This document shows, piece after piece, positions 41,501 to 54,800 of a stretch of 64,000 nt of DNA. The stretch comes from Vicugna vicugna. Taxonomy: Eukaryota. Position 1 is the stretch's first letter. Each line of letters opens with the position of its first letter. The notes beneath the pieces were generated by a model. The model was not told the DNA's origin, ran no database searches, and worked only from the letters and a program-made list of their open reading frames with translations. A program made the translations under genes and the position numbers. The DNA is taken from NCBI GenBank assembly GCA_013265495.1, contig MU058482.1:468962-532961 (forward strand), given 5' to 3'.

Positions 41501-44500
41501 CCTTTCTCCTCATCCCCCAGGGACATGCCCCCCCCAACTCAGAAAGCATGCGTGTTCTCAGTGGGAAAGGTCCTCCTCCCTTCTGGGGTGGAATGCCTCA
41601 TGCATCTTCTGCATGAATGATGAGGAATACCCCACAGAGCAGACCAATGACAGGGACTTCTGTCACCTCCACACCTTAACCGTTGTTTGATTCAGATTCT
41701 GAACCTGGCTAGGGACTGAGTTCTCAAGAACAGTATGACTTCCTGTCCCGTCCCGAGGTTTCTCAACCCCTCTGCCAGCCCCCAGGCATTGTACCTTAAA
41801 GGCTTGCTTGTAAACAAAGGTCTCTGATCCCCCCTCAGAGCCCTTGAGCTTGCTGAACAGGAGGAGATGCTCAAAGAGAAAGACGTGGCGAAAGCACTTC
41901 TTCCGGCCACAGATGACTGTGAAAGGGTCCCGGTGCAGGAGTTGTCCCTGCTCCTTCAGGTCCGTCTGGAGAAAGGAAGAGGAAAGGTCATTGGCCCTGG
42001 AGCACTTTCTATGTATTTTATAGGAGTAAAAATGGGATTTACAGGGCAAGGGGCCTAATGCACTGTTTCTCAGGAAGCCCTGGGCCTAGAATCCATCCAC
42101 TAGTCACCATGCACAGCAGACCTGGCCTGACAGCACAGCCCTGCCTCTGAAGATGGAAGGTACATTACACAGTAGGGTTTATAGCCTCCAATGGGGAAGC
42201 CTTTGCATGCTGGGAACCAAAGCACCATTTTGCCCCAGGAAGAGAATCAGCGAAGAATTGAAGGGGCAAAAGGTCTACCCCAGGGGAGTAGGTTTCCAAC
42301 CTGTTCTGGAACCTCAGGGCTGGAAAGAGACTAAGGAGAGGAAAATAAGGTGTGTGTTGACTGTTAAGATACAGAATGAAGTGCAGGGTAGATAGAGATA
42401 AGAATTAGGAAAGGAACAGGAAAGCGCAGGCAGATGTAGGATCACGGGATGTTGGGCAGGACTTAGCTTCTTTATTTATAGGTGAGGAAATTGAGGCCCA
42501 GTAAAGTTCAGGCCTTGATCAAAGCCATCCAGCTGGTTAGAAATTACAGCCTGGGGCCTCGTGAACTTGCATCCAGTTGTCTGGTCACCAGCCCACACTG
42601 CTTCTGAGGCCACAGGGCAAGGCAGTCTGAGCTGAGTGACTGGAGCCATGGCCTCACCTCGCAGCCACGCACCGCCTCCACAGCCAGCAGGTCTTTGCCA
42701 CGAGTCTCTTGTTCCCGGAGCAGTTGCACGGCAGCCCCAAGGGCTTGGCGCTCAGAACTTAGTTCAGGTCCAGCTTCCCTTAGGAGCTCCTCCAGGAGCC
42801 GTCCATATCTGGCCAGCTGCTCCAGGGGCTGCTGCAAGGCCCGGGGCAGGTGAGGGCCTCCTTCCATGGAGCCCTAGTTTGGGGAGAAAACAGACCGCAA
42901 TGAGGGGCAGGGCTGGAGCTGGTGGGAGCTGAGTTCTTTGGGGAAGAGGGGTGGTACCTCAGGCTTTTGGGAGTAGATCAAGCCCAGATAGAGCCAAAGG
43001 TAAGGTGAAAATCCTTTCCCTAGAAAAACATAGGTAGGCCTGCAGGAGATTCAGCTGTACCCTACATCTTGAAGGGGAGTGAAAACGGAATGCAAATACT
43101 CCCTTATACTCTCTGGCTTTCAACTTTTGAAGTCATTTTCACATCTTTTGACGTGAGGTCTTTTGATCCTCAGAGCACCCTGTTAGATACGGTGAATGTT
43201 GCCCCCATTTTAGCTATAGAAACAGGCCCAGAGAAACTCCTGCCTGAAGTCCCTCAGTGGACTGGGTAAGAACCCGGGCTTATTTGGCCTCCAATCCAGT
43301 GCTTGTCCCACCCTCAGCAATTCTGGGAGATTACTGGCGGGTGATGTCCCTGGGCACATCCAGGAAAGCTTTTTTTCCCTGAGAGATTTTGAGGTTGGGT
43401 GGATTTTAGGTCTTCCTGGCTCCTCCCCAGAAGGTTGCAGAAAAGGTTACCTTGGTTGGGGGGCTGAGGGCAGCCAGGCCATTCTCCAGTTTGTGCCGGT
43501 GCTTCACATACTGGGCGTAGAGGCTGAACTGGTCCCCCTGTGTCAGTAGGGAAGCAGTAAGTCATCCCTGGTGAGGCCCCACAGACAAGCCTCTCCCTTT
43601 CCTCCTCCACATCCTGTGTAGCACAGAGGATGGACAGGCCACCAGGGAGCACTCAGTCTGCCTGCAGAATGACAGGCTCCCATGGAGAGAGCGAAGGCCA
43701 GGGAGCACTTGACGGCAGGGACACAGCGGCTGAGTAGATGCAGAGGAGCGCAGCAAAGGGCACTAGGCCCCGGTGCCCTGAACCACACATTTTGGTGGGG
43801 GTGGGGGTGGGGTTGGGGGAGTGATACTGAGAAGGAGGGATGAGCAGGTGGCACAGGAGTGTGTGAAGGGAGAAGCCCTGAAAGTTTTAGAGGCTCACTC
43901 ACATGGCGAAGGAAGCAGGCCCCTATGCGCAGGGGATGGCTAGCGCAGCCCTGCAGCTCCCGCAGAAAGTGTGTCCGGTGGAAACTGCGGAGCCTCTCCC
44001 GGGCACTCAGCGCAGCGGCCCAGGTGCCCCGCAGTTCAGGGGTCAGCTCAGGCCCGGGGGGTGGCACTGGCTCACTCAAGGTGGCCACATACTCCTGCTC
44101 ACAGGCAATCAGCTCAGACACCAGACGCTGCTGGGCGCTGCAGGTACACCAAGGAGTGACAGAGGAGGTTGAGGCATGGAAGGATGTCACCACCCAGACA
44201 ATCATATTCTGTCCATGCTGGGCAGCTGGGCCTACCTCGGGCACCAGCTAGGCTGGGCTCTCACCTGATGCTTCGCTTGCGTTCCATCCTGGGGGTGCCT
44301 ACTCCCCAGGGTCCTTCTGGGCCCCCAGCCCGGCCCAGCAGCACGTGTTCCCGGGGTGAGCATGTCCTGTCCACCACCTCGGTGCTGGTGACCTCCAGGC
44401 CTCGGATGAGCACAGTCCTCGGCGGTCTGCCCTCTGCTTCTGGAGCCAGCTCGGGGCCCTCCTCCTCATAGTCCTCCCCACAGGGGGCCAGGGAGCAGTG

Positions 44501-47500
44501 GGACGGCGCTGCCCGCGGCCCAGGGCTGCTGGGCAGCAGCAGGGAGCTGAGGCTGGGTGAGGGGCTGTGGGGGCCCCGCTGGGCCCCCCCACTGCTGGCG
44601 CTGTCTGCCCGTCGTCGCCGGTGGCCCCGAGGACTCGCCTCCTCTCCCAGCTGTTGCTGAATCCTCCTCTCCAGCTCTTGGCAGCGGGCCCGGCAGCGGC
44701 CCCATTCTCGCAGGGCTGCGGGGCTGCCCAGGTCCAGGGCCAGGGCCCGCATCTCCTGGAAGGTGCCGGCGCTGGGCTCTGGGGCGCGCCGCAGGGCCAG
44801 GGCTGCCAGCACTGCCTCCCGACCTGGCCCTGCTCCTGCTAGCCTGGCAGAACCTTCGTCCACCCATTCATGTGCCTGCAAGGCCAAAGAGGTTGGGAAT
44901 GGGGAGAGGAAGCAGTGAGGTCCTGTGCATCTCCCACATGGTGTCTGATGACAGCTCCTGTCCTCCTTTGCCGATGGCTTCCCAATGCCCATCACCCCCT
45001 AGTCCTCTCAGAACACCTCCCCTCACTGTCCCAGCATCACTGGCTAACTAACATGTCACTCTGAGCTGGTATGGAGACAGAGGAGCCTGGATGAAAGGAT
45101 GGCTGATACTTACATAGAGTTTACAAGAGGCAGGCTCTGTACTAAGAGCTTTTCATATATTGCTCATGTAATCCTCGCCTGGCCCTGTATGGTAGGTGCC
45201 ACGAGGCACACTCAGGTTTAGTATCTTGTCCCAAGTTATCCATCAAGTAGGTGGCAGAGCCAAGAGTCAAAGCCTAGGAGAGGGCCTCCTAAGTCCCTGC
45301 TTTTAAATCTACCCGATCAGCTTCTCCAGGCAGAAGAAAGCAAGAGGCTCACCACGTACCTGCTGGAAGAAGCGCTGTAGCCGCAGAGCCCGATGGAGGC
45401 CACTCTCAACCTGCTCTAGGCGCTGTTCAAAGATATCCAGAACCTTCTGGGAGGCAGTGTCCTCCTCCAGGGCCAGGGCCTCCCGTGCCTGAGCCAGGCG
45501 CTCCTGGAGAAGGGAGGCTGCGCTCAGATCCAGCCCTCAGTCCCAGTCAGTCTCCCCTTCCCTCCCCACCAGTCTCCTGTCACCTGCCTCTCCCCCCTAC
45601 TTCTCACCTGAACCTCAGCGCTGAAAGCCCGGAATCGCAGCTCTGTCTCCTGCAGGGCAGACAGGGAGTCCCCAGGCACAGCGAAGCTCACCAGCTGCTC
45701 CTCCCCTGGGCCCGAGAGCCACTGGAGCACCTGAGGCAGACAGGGCGGGACAGCAGGGCCGTGAGGGAGAAGAGGGCCGTGCAGTGGAAAGGAAAGCTGA
45801 GATCCAGTTCCAGCTCCACCACCCCAATCCATAGAACCTTGGGTGAACTATTTCGTCTCAGCTGTAAAGTGGAAGGGATACCAGTGAATGGTGGTAGTTT
45901 CCGCAAGGGTCAAGTGAGAAAGTGATTTAGAGATCTTTGTAAAGTACCAGATGCAGGGGAGGCTGGGCTGGCAGGAGGGACTGAGGGAGGCATGTTAGGG
46001 TTCCAGGGCTATGCCTGGAGGTGAAATAGATAAAACTGGTGTGAGCTGGAGGCCGGATGAGGGGATGACCATCCTTTGGATACTGAGGGCCAGGAGAAAT
46101 TTCACGTTCACAGAGCCTGGTGATGGGTGGGCAGGGGTCCCAGGGACCAGGTTTGGAGAGACAGCCCAGGCGTGTGTGTGTGTGTGTGTGTGTGTGTGTA
46201 GTAAGCCTTGTTATCATCCGCATTCTACACATGAGGACTTGGGAACTCAGATGCTTCAAGACTTGTCCAACATCTCACTCCTAGCAGAGCTAGAACTCAA
46301 GCTGAGCCCTTTGGACTCCAAATCCTGTGTGTTGACAGGTTTTAGACGGGGGTTGGCAGGGGCAGCTAATAAGCAAGCAAGCAAACAAACAGTAGGAGAT
46401 ACAAACCCTTGGATACTGGGATAGAAGGAGCCAATATGCAGAAATCTCAGGAACAGAGAGCTCAGCCTTCACCCTCCTTTGACATTGACCCCGAGATGAC
46501 CTTTCCCCTGAGCCCACATGCAGGTCCATGACTTGTTCGCTCAACACACTTAGGGGCTAGGGACGGACAATCAGATTTCAAACCCCTCTACACCACAAGG
46601 TAGGGTGGAGAGCAAGTACCTATGGAGCGCTTAACCTCAGGAGAGAAGAATCAAGGTTCAGAGAAGCCAGATTTATCCCTGAATCTTCCCCACAGAGAGG
46701 CCTTGGTTTCCAAGGCATTTAGTGACTTTCACTGTCTCCTCCTAAGGTGGAGGGAGGGGGGACCTTTCTAGCCTCAGGTTTGGGGGATGACACTGCATAA
46801 GGAGTGGAGGGAGCTGGTATCCATAGACGTTTATTATTTTTAAGCTAAGGAGGTAGGCACTCACAATCAATTGGCTCTTCCCCAAATCCCCTAGGGCATC
46901 GAGCATCTCTCACAATCTCTAAGGATCCTTGATTAAACATCAGCAGTTGGGGGGCGGGGGAGGGGTGGTGGGGAAGGTATAGCTCAGTGGTAGAGCACAT
47001 GCTTAGCAGCACGAGGTACTGGGTACAATCCCTATTAAAAATAAATAAATAAATCTAATTACCTGCCCCCCCCACCAAAAAAAAAAGGGGGAAAAAAAGA
47101 AGGGAAACAAAAAAACCACTGGGAGTGAGGAATCTGGCTTCTCTTCTTTGCTGGGGCTGAGATGCTATCTCCCTCTTGATGACTCTCACACTGATGTCGA
47201 TCAACCTCCAGGGCAGGTGAGGAGAGAAGGAAGGCCATTCAACCAAGCCAGGTTAGGAGAACAGCATCAACTGTTAAGTATCAGTGGAAAGAGGGTGCTG
47301 GATGCCGGGCCCCCAAGCTGAATAAGAGGCATGGTGGGGTCCTGGCTCACCTGCTGGAGTCGGTGCAAGCGTTGCCGCTGCTCCTGCTGTTGCACGTGGA
47401 GGTTGGAGAGACGCACCAGCTGGTGAATGGCTTCGTCCACCTCTTGATACAGTGTCGCTGGGCCTGGGCCCTCTAGCCTGGGAAAGAGGGTGGGAGGCAG

Positions 47501-48830
47501 AATGAACCATTGCCCTCATCAAGCCCTCCAACCCCATTCCATCCTTGCATCCCAACACGGGAGGTGGCACAGACTCCTGGGTTAGAGTATGGGTCTGGGT
47601 TTGAATCTCAACTCTACATTTACTGACTAACCTTGGCCAAGACATTGGACATTTCTGATCCTCCAAATCCCATTTTATAATCGTAACTAGCACCTAGGGA
47701 TGTTGTGAGGGTTATGAGATGAGTGGAAAACCATGATATATCATCCCGATACCTGATTAAGTTTACTGGCAGCCATCTGCTGTGTCTCCATCCCCCCATC
47801 CACCTGCCCCTGCACACCTGTCCCTCCCTCGTACTTGCTGCTGTGGGTAGAGCGCAGCCTCATCAGGATGGCTCCCCCATCTCTCTGCAGCTCTGTCAGC
47901 CGGGGGTCTGCCAGCACCTTCTGTAGGGGCTCAGGCATTCCTGCCGCCTCCTAGGGGAGGAAGAAGCTGACAGTTGGAGTTCCACCAGAAGGCTCTGAGC
48001 CCAGCCCAGCCCCATCCTCACTCCATCCCCTTTTGTCCCATCTCACTTCATACCTCTCCCTCTGGCTCTGCTGCTCCCTCCAGTTCCTCAATGGCTTGCC
48101 TTACAGAGCCCAGCACACCTCGGCACAGGCGGCATAGCCTTGCCACTTCCTGAAACACACATGTGGGGATGGAGTCCAGGAGCGGGGTTTGGGATAAGGA
48201 GCCTAAACCCTAGGGTGGATGTGAAGCAGCCTCAGAGACTTTTGTGGAGGCAATACTGGGTTCGCTTTCTGACTTTGTTGCTTACTAACTGTATGACCAT
48301 GGGCAGGTCCAGAAACCTTCCTGGACCTCAGTTTCCTCAACAGTAAAGTCATGATAAGACACACTGGATTTAAAGGTTTACAGAGCTGATGCTAGGTAAG
48401 CAGCTAGCATGAGCGTGGTACATTTCACAGCTTAGCAAACACGAGTCTCCTTTCCCTCATCTGCACTGGCTCTGCAGCCCGTAAAATCCTCCTCTCTGCC
48501 TATTCAGATCCACTTCCCCATTGATCCACAGTTTAGAGACCATGTTACAGATCCCTTTTAATACTTGGCTCAATTATATCACAGTTGCTGTTCTTTGCGG
48601 GCAAGGTACTTGAGGGTGAATGTTGGTGCAGGGAGCAGGTACGGAAAGGCACCATCTCCAGGAGTAAGGTACAGTAACTTGTTCAAGATCACAGGGACCC
48701 AGAACCAGCCTCTCTGACTCTTAGTTCTAGAAAGACATGGCTGCCTACTCTAGCCACTCTTATTCAATATAGTATTGAAAGTCCTACAGCAATGAGAACA
48801 AAAAAAAAAAAAAAAAAAAGAAAGAGAGAG

Positions 48831-48865
<35 letters not shown>

Positions 48866-51800
48866 AGAGAGAGAGAGAAAGAAAGAAAGGAGAGAAATAA
48901 AAGATATCTAAGTTGAAAAGGAAGAAGTAAAATGGTTGCTATTTGCAGATGACATGATACTATATCTAGAAAATTCTAAAGATGCCACCAAAAAACTACT
49001 TGAGCTCATCAACGACTTCAGTAAAGTTGCAGGATAGAAAATTAACATACAGCAATCTGTTGCACTTCTATACTAACAGTGAACTACCAGAAAGAGAAAT
49101 GAAGGAAACAATCCCATTTACCATGGCATCAAAAAGAATAAAATATATGGGAATAAACCAACCTAAGGAGGTAAAAGACCTTTACTTTTGGATATATCTC
49201 CTTAGGCAAGGGAAACAAAGGAAAAATAAGCAAATGAGATTACATCAAACTAAAACACTTTTGCACAATGAAGGAAACCATAAACAAAACAAAAAGGCTG
49301 CCTATTGAGTGGGAGAAGATATTTGCAAATGATATATCCTATAAGGGGCTAATGTCCAAAATATACAAAGAACTCATACATTCAACATCAAAAAAACAAA
49401 CAACCCAGTTGAAAAATGGGCAGAGGATCTGAATAGACATTATTCCAGAGAAGACATACAGATGGCCAACAGCACATGAAAAGATGGTCAAGAGAACTAA
49501 TCATCCGGGAAACGCAAATCAAAACCACAGTGAGGTATCACCTCACACCTTTCAGAAAAACAAGGGTAGGTAAGGATGTGCAGAAGAGGGAACTCTCATG
49601 CTCTGTTAATGGGAATGTAAATTGGTACAGCCACTATGGACAACAGAATGGAGAGTCCTCAAAAAATTAAAAATAAAACTACCATATGATCTAGCAATTC
49701 CACTCCCAGGTGTTTATCCAAAGAAAGTGAAAACACTAACTAGAAAAGACATAAGCACCTCTATGTTAATTGCAGCATTATTCACAATAGCCAAGAAATG
49801 GAAGCAACTTAAGTTTCCACCAATAGATGAGAGGCTTAAAAAGATGTGGAATTATACATATGGTGGAATATTACTTGGCCATAAAAATGAAATATTGCCA
49901 TTTGTGGCATGGATGGATCTAGAGGTATTATGCTAAGTGAAATAAGTCAGACAGAGAAAGGCAAATACTGTATGATTTTACTTCTATGTGGAATCTTCAA
50001 AACAAAACAAATGAATAAACATAACAAAACAGAGTTATATATACAGAGAAAAAACAAGTGCTTGCCAGAGGGGAGAGGGGTAGAGAGAAGAGAGAAATAG
50101 GTGGGGGAGATTAAGAGGTCCAAACTTCCAGTTGCAAAATAAATGAGCCATAGTATGAAATGCACAGTGGGGGGGAATATAGTCAATAATTCTGTAGTAT
50201 CTTTGTATGGTGACAGATGGCAACTTGACATTGTGGTGATCACTTTGAAATGTATAGAAATATTGAATCACTATATTGTATACCAAGAAATAACAGTGTT
50301 GTAGGTCATTTATACCTCACAAACAAACAAACAAAACAAACTCATAAAGAAAGAGATCAGATTTATGGTTACCAGAGGTTGGAGATGAAGGAGAGGGGGG
50401 GAATTAGATGAAGATGGTCAAACGGTACAAATCTCCAGTCATAAGATAAGTAACTACTAGGGATGTAATGAACAACATGATAAATATAATTAACACGTGT
50501 TATATGTTATATATGGAAGTTGTAAAGAGCAAATCCTAAGAGTTCTCATCACAGGGAAAAAAATTTCTGTTTCTTTAATTCTGTGTCTATAGGAGATGAT
50601 GGATGTTCACTAAACTAATTGTGGTAATCACTTCATGATGTATGTAAGTCAAATCTTTATGCTATACTCCTTAAATTTATACAGTGCTATATGTTAATTA
50701 CATCTCAAAACCGGAAGAAAAAATAATTTATTTAACATACATCCCATTTAACATAACATCCCATCTCCCTAGTAGCCCAGGGTACATAAACAATATTTTG
50801 CTAATAAATATTTGGAATTGAACGCACTCATTAATACTTGTTGAATGGTGAACCTTAAACACTTATTGAATTGAATGGAAGGGAAGCCACTTTTTCCCAA
50901 CCCCTTGGTCATGTCTCAGATCTGCCCCTCTTTCCTAGAATGTCCTCTGCCGGGTCACTCCTAGTTTTCAGTGTCCTGGGTGGGGGAGGTGGAGCTTACC
51001 TGGTGTGTCTCTACCCAGTAGCTGGGAGAGGGCTCTCTGTGACCTCCCAAGTCCCACTGCAGCTCCTCTGGCTTGGCCACTCTTTTCAGATCACTCTCTG
51101 ACAGCATTTCAGCACTCTGTAGACATGTAAAGGCAGGTGGTTTCTGGACTGGGCACCTAGGGATGCAGGGACTGGCGTGGGGCTCCAGCCAGCCTCTTCT
51201 CTACCCACTACTGATGGGGACTAGGTGGGAGTGAGGGGCTCAAACCTGAAATCCATGGAATTCAGTTGTCGGGTCATCATGAGTGAGAAGCGTCAGCCGC
51301 TGAATGAGGGGAGGGTCTCCCGAGTCCTGAAGGCAAAGAAGAATAACCCTAAACTCTGGGCAGCTGGATGGCCCTGAATGGCCACTAGGGAAGAGTTAGG
51401 ATACAGGAGAAGTACCGCATCAAGGAGTTGATTACCTGAAGTTGACTCAGGACAGGAATGAGTGCTGGAGGCAGTTGGGGTGACTTGCGAAGGTCCAGCA
51501 GGACAGACAGCCCTAGCATCTGTAGATCAGGCCTGTGGAGGCAGGAAGAGCCAAGGATGCTTTGTGTGCTTGCGTGTGTGTGTGTGTGTGTGTGTGCGTG
51601 CGTGTGCGTGTATTGGGGGGATAACGGCATAGGGTCTAGTTTTAGTGTTACTCATCCTCAGAACTTAGCTCCTGGTGATTGGTAAAAGTCTGGGATGTAT
51701 GTCCAAGAGGTGGTGACCTAGCAATTAGAGTCTATATTCACGTGGCTACAGGGTCATGGGATCAGGGTTTGGAAATTAGAAATTCTGTGCTCTGGATGGG

Positions 51801-54800
51801 TATGAGCTCAATGCCAGCACACAGTATGCTGCCTAACAGGTTCTGGTGCTCAAGAAATAGTTGTTGAATGACTAAATCAAAGTTCTGATAATCTAGGTAG
51901 TGTCTTAGGGTATTGAAAGTCAGTGTGGATTTTGAGGACTGCTGAAGATACTCTCCAAGTCAGAGGTCAATGCCTTGACAATCGGAGGGTGGAAGAACAG
52001 GGTGTCTTAGAGGTCAGGAGTTGGGTGTGCTGAAGAGAGAGGAGGTCAGGGTCTCCGTGACCCAGGAGGTTACTGTGTAGGGTGCTGGCGCTGAGCCTCG
52101 GTTACCTGAGCAGGGAGTGGAGGTAGTGAAGAGCAGTGCCCAGCATGTCTCGGGAGGGTGGGGGCTCCTCAGGAGGGCACGGTGGGGTGATGGTCAGCAG
52201 AGCTCGCCCACTCTGGTCCACCCCTCCTGGGGACACAAAACGGCCAGGCTGTCCTGGCTGGGGGCAGGCCTTGGCTACCTCCCATCCACCCTGTCCCCCT
52301 CTACAGCCCACCCCGGAGGCTTCTCTCTCCTCCACTCCTTTAACTGCAGCCACTGCTGCCCACTGACCAGTCAGGACTAGGAATCCAGATGCCATCAGGT
52401 CCCAAGCTACATCAGGGTCATCAGAGATGGAGACCGGAAGGGCGTCTTCTGGGATGCTGTCCCCTTTTACTTCCTGCATTGTCTCTAGGGATGGTGCTGG
52501 GGGGTCAGAGAGGAACCCTTCTGGAACGGTGGGTCCTGCAGACACAGGCAGAGCTATGAGCCTGAAGTAAGGACATGTCTGGCTGTTCCATGCCCAGCAT
52601 CACCCCTGCTCTTCCTCCAGCCCCCTTTCCTAGGCCCCACCTACCCTGGCCCTTGCTTTGTCATCTCACCTGCCACGCACACCAGGTTTGGCTCCTCCTG
52701 CTCTCTTTCTCTGGCCCTCTCTTCCACAGGCCCACAGGCTTCTGGGGGCTGAGGCTCTTTTTCATCTGCATGTTTGAGCTCCACTTTCGGCTCCGACTCT
52801 TGCTTCCCAGGGCCTTCACACTCCTCTTTATCTGGGCTGCACCCTGAAAGCTCATGTTCATTTGGTGGGGGCAGATTACCAAGGGCTTCCTGGTGGTTGG
52901 TCTCCTCCTTGTCCCCAGGGCTTAATGGGGCACTGTCCCCTCCTCGGTTAAGAGCCCCTCTGCCAGCAGCTCGCTTCTTTCTCCGGTTTCCTTTGCCTGT
53001 TCTCCGAGGAGTGCCCGGCAGCCCTTCGGCCCCCTGGCCTGCTCCTCCTCCAACATCCCCTGGCCTCAGGAGGCAAGACTCAGAGGCTTCCCCCAGCACC
53101 TCTGCTGGGGGCTCAGATACTTCCAGGGCTACTGCCTCTAGGAGAGCCTCAGCTCCCGAGGGAGACCCAGGGGAGGCTCCAGTGCTGCTCCCCTCACCAG
53201 GTGGGCGTGCTCCATCTTGGTCCCGAGGCCCCAGACCTTTCTGGTGCATCCATGCCCGGTGTCTCCGGTGCCGGCCCTTCCCTCCAGCACCCTTGCGTGT
53301 GGGTACCGTCCGGGTCCTGGAGAGGCCCGAGGAGCCCTCGGCATCCGTGGGGCTCCCCATTGCAGGCAGTGTCACCTCCAGCAGCTCCACATACTCGCCC
53401 TCAGGTCCTTCAGCAGGGGCATTGTGTCCATCCCCGGGACTCCGGGTGCCCAGGGCCTCCTCAGGGAGTGGGGGGCTGGGGAGCCCTGGGGGTCCGGAGG
53501 GCAGCTCTGGGGGTAGCGTGCTTGGCCGATGTCCAACCATGAGGCCTCCTTTGTGCACAAACCGAGGGCAGATGAGCTCGGCCCAGGGCAGCCGCTGGAT
53601 CCCAGAGGGCGCAGACAGTAGGCAGGTGCTGAGGCGACCTGTTGGCCGGTCCTTATTGATGCCTTGTAGCCACTCAGGTGTGAACAGGTAGGCACAAGCC
53701 TCATTGGGCACAGGCAGCTCCTGCACTCGCCCACCCCCTGGGGCCAGGCACTTGAGTGCCAGGCGGGGTGCTTGTGCTGCCGAGGGCACCACTTGCAGGT
53801 AGAAGTCTCCCGGGCGCAGCAGCTGCCAGGGTAGGGCTGCCAGCTGCACCACCACCTGCTCGTGCAAGCAGAGGGGCCAGCCCTCGTGGAAGAAGAGGAA
53901 ACCGCTGTACTGGGCCTGGAGAGAGAGGTGGCAGGCTGTGCTCAGGCCTCTGCTGATGAAACCAGCAGAAGGCGGCAGTCAGAATGGGACTACCTTAGGC
54001 AGGAGTGGCCTTATGCCTGGGGGATTATAACCTCTGGGGAGCAGGAGGGGCTATCTTGGGGTATTCCTGGGACAGAGGAAAGGATGGGGACTGATCAGTT
54101 TTCTGGTGGTAGGAAGCTTCTCTCAGAAGCTAGTTCCATGAGTGGGAGGGTAAGAACTGAGCCATTATAAAGACACGGTCAGCAGATGCCATTGTCTTGG
54201 AGGAGTCAGAGATTCTTAAGAGGTCTTTTATCTGTAGAAGTAATACTGTTGAGTCATATCTGGGGGAGTTAGCTCGTGAAAAATTGATATGAGGGGGAAA
54301 CGTCTGGAATTGGGTCTGGAGGGTCAGGGTCTTTGGGAGTTGATGTTTCTTAGGGGTCAATATTTGGGGAAGATGAGTGTCTGTGTGTTAGTATCTGAGC
54401 CATCATTGCTTCTGCAGGGATCAGTATCGGGGTGGCAGCGTCTCTGCATGGGGGGAAATTAATCAGTCTGGCCGGTCTCTGGGGTGAGGCAGTGGATCTT
54501 AGAGGAGATAGAACAGGGATGCGTTCACTCACACAGGCTTCCTGCTGGACCTTGGCAAGCAGGTGCTTCGCAGGCACCAAGAAATCCAGCGTGTATCTCA
54601 GTGCATCCTCCCGGTAAGTCCTCTCCACCACCTGGAACACCTGGCCCAACAGTGTGGGAGCTGTTGCCTCGAAGGGTGGGTACAGGGCGGCCAGAGTACT
54701 CTGCACACAGTCCTCCACTGGCTCAGGCTCCTGGGAGAGACAGGACCAGGCTGCAGATCACTAGAGCTCACCCAAGCATGGCTCCTTGGAGGCCAGCTGT

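Noticed and set aside
46971..47033. tRNA-like sequence
   Set aside because: Head of a SINE with an A-rich tail and degenerate B-box; no complete cloverleaf, so not a tRNA gene.
52774..53691. 305-aa plus-strand ORF opposite ARHGEF40 exon 3
   Set aside because: Antisense shadow of a GC-rich, low-complexity coding exon.
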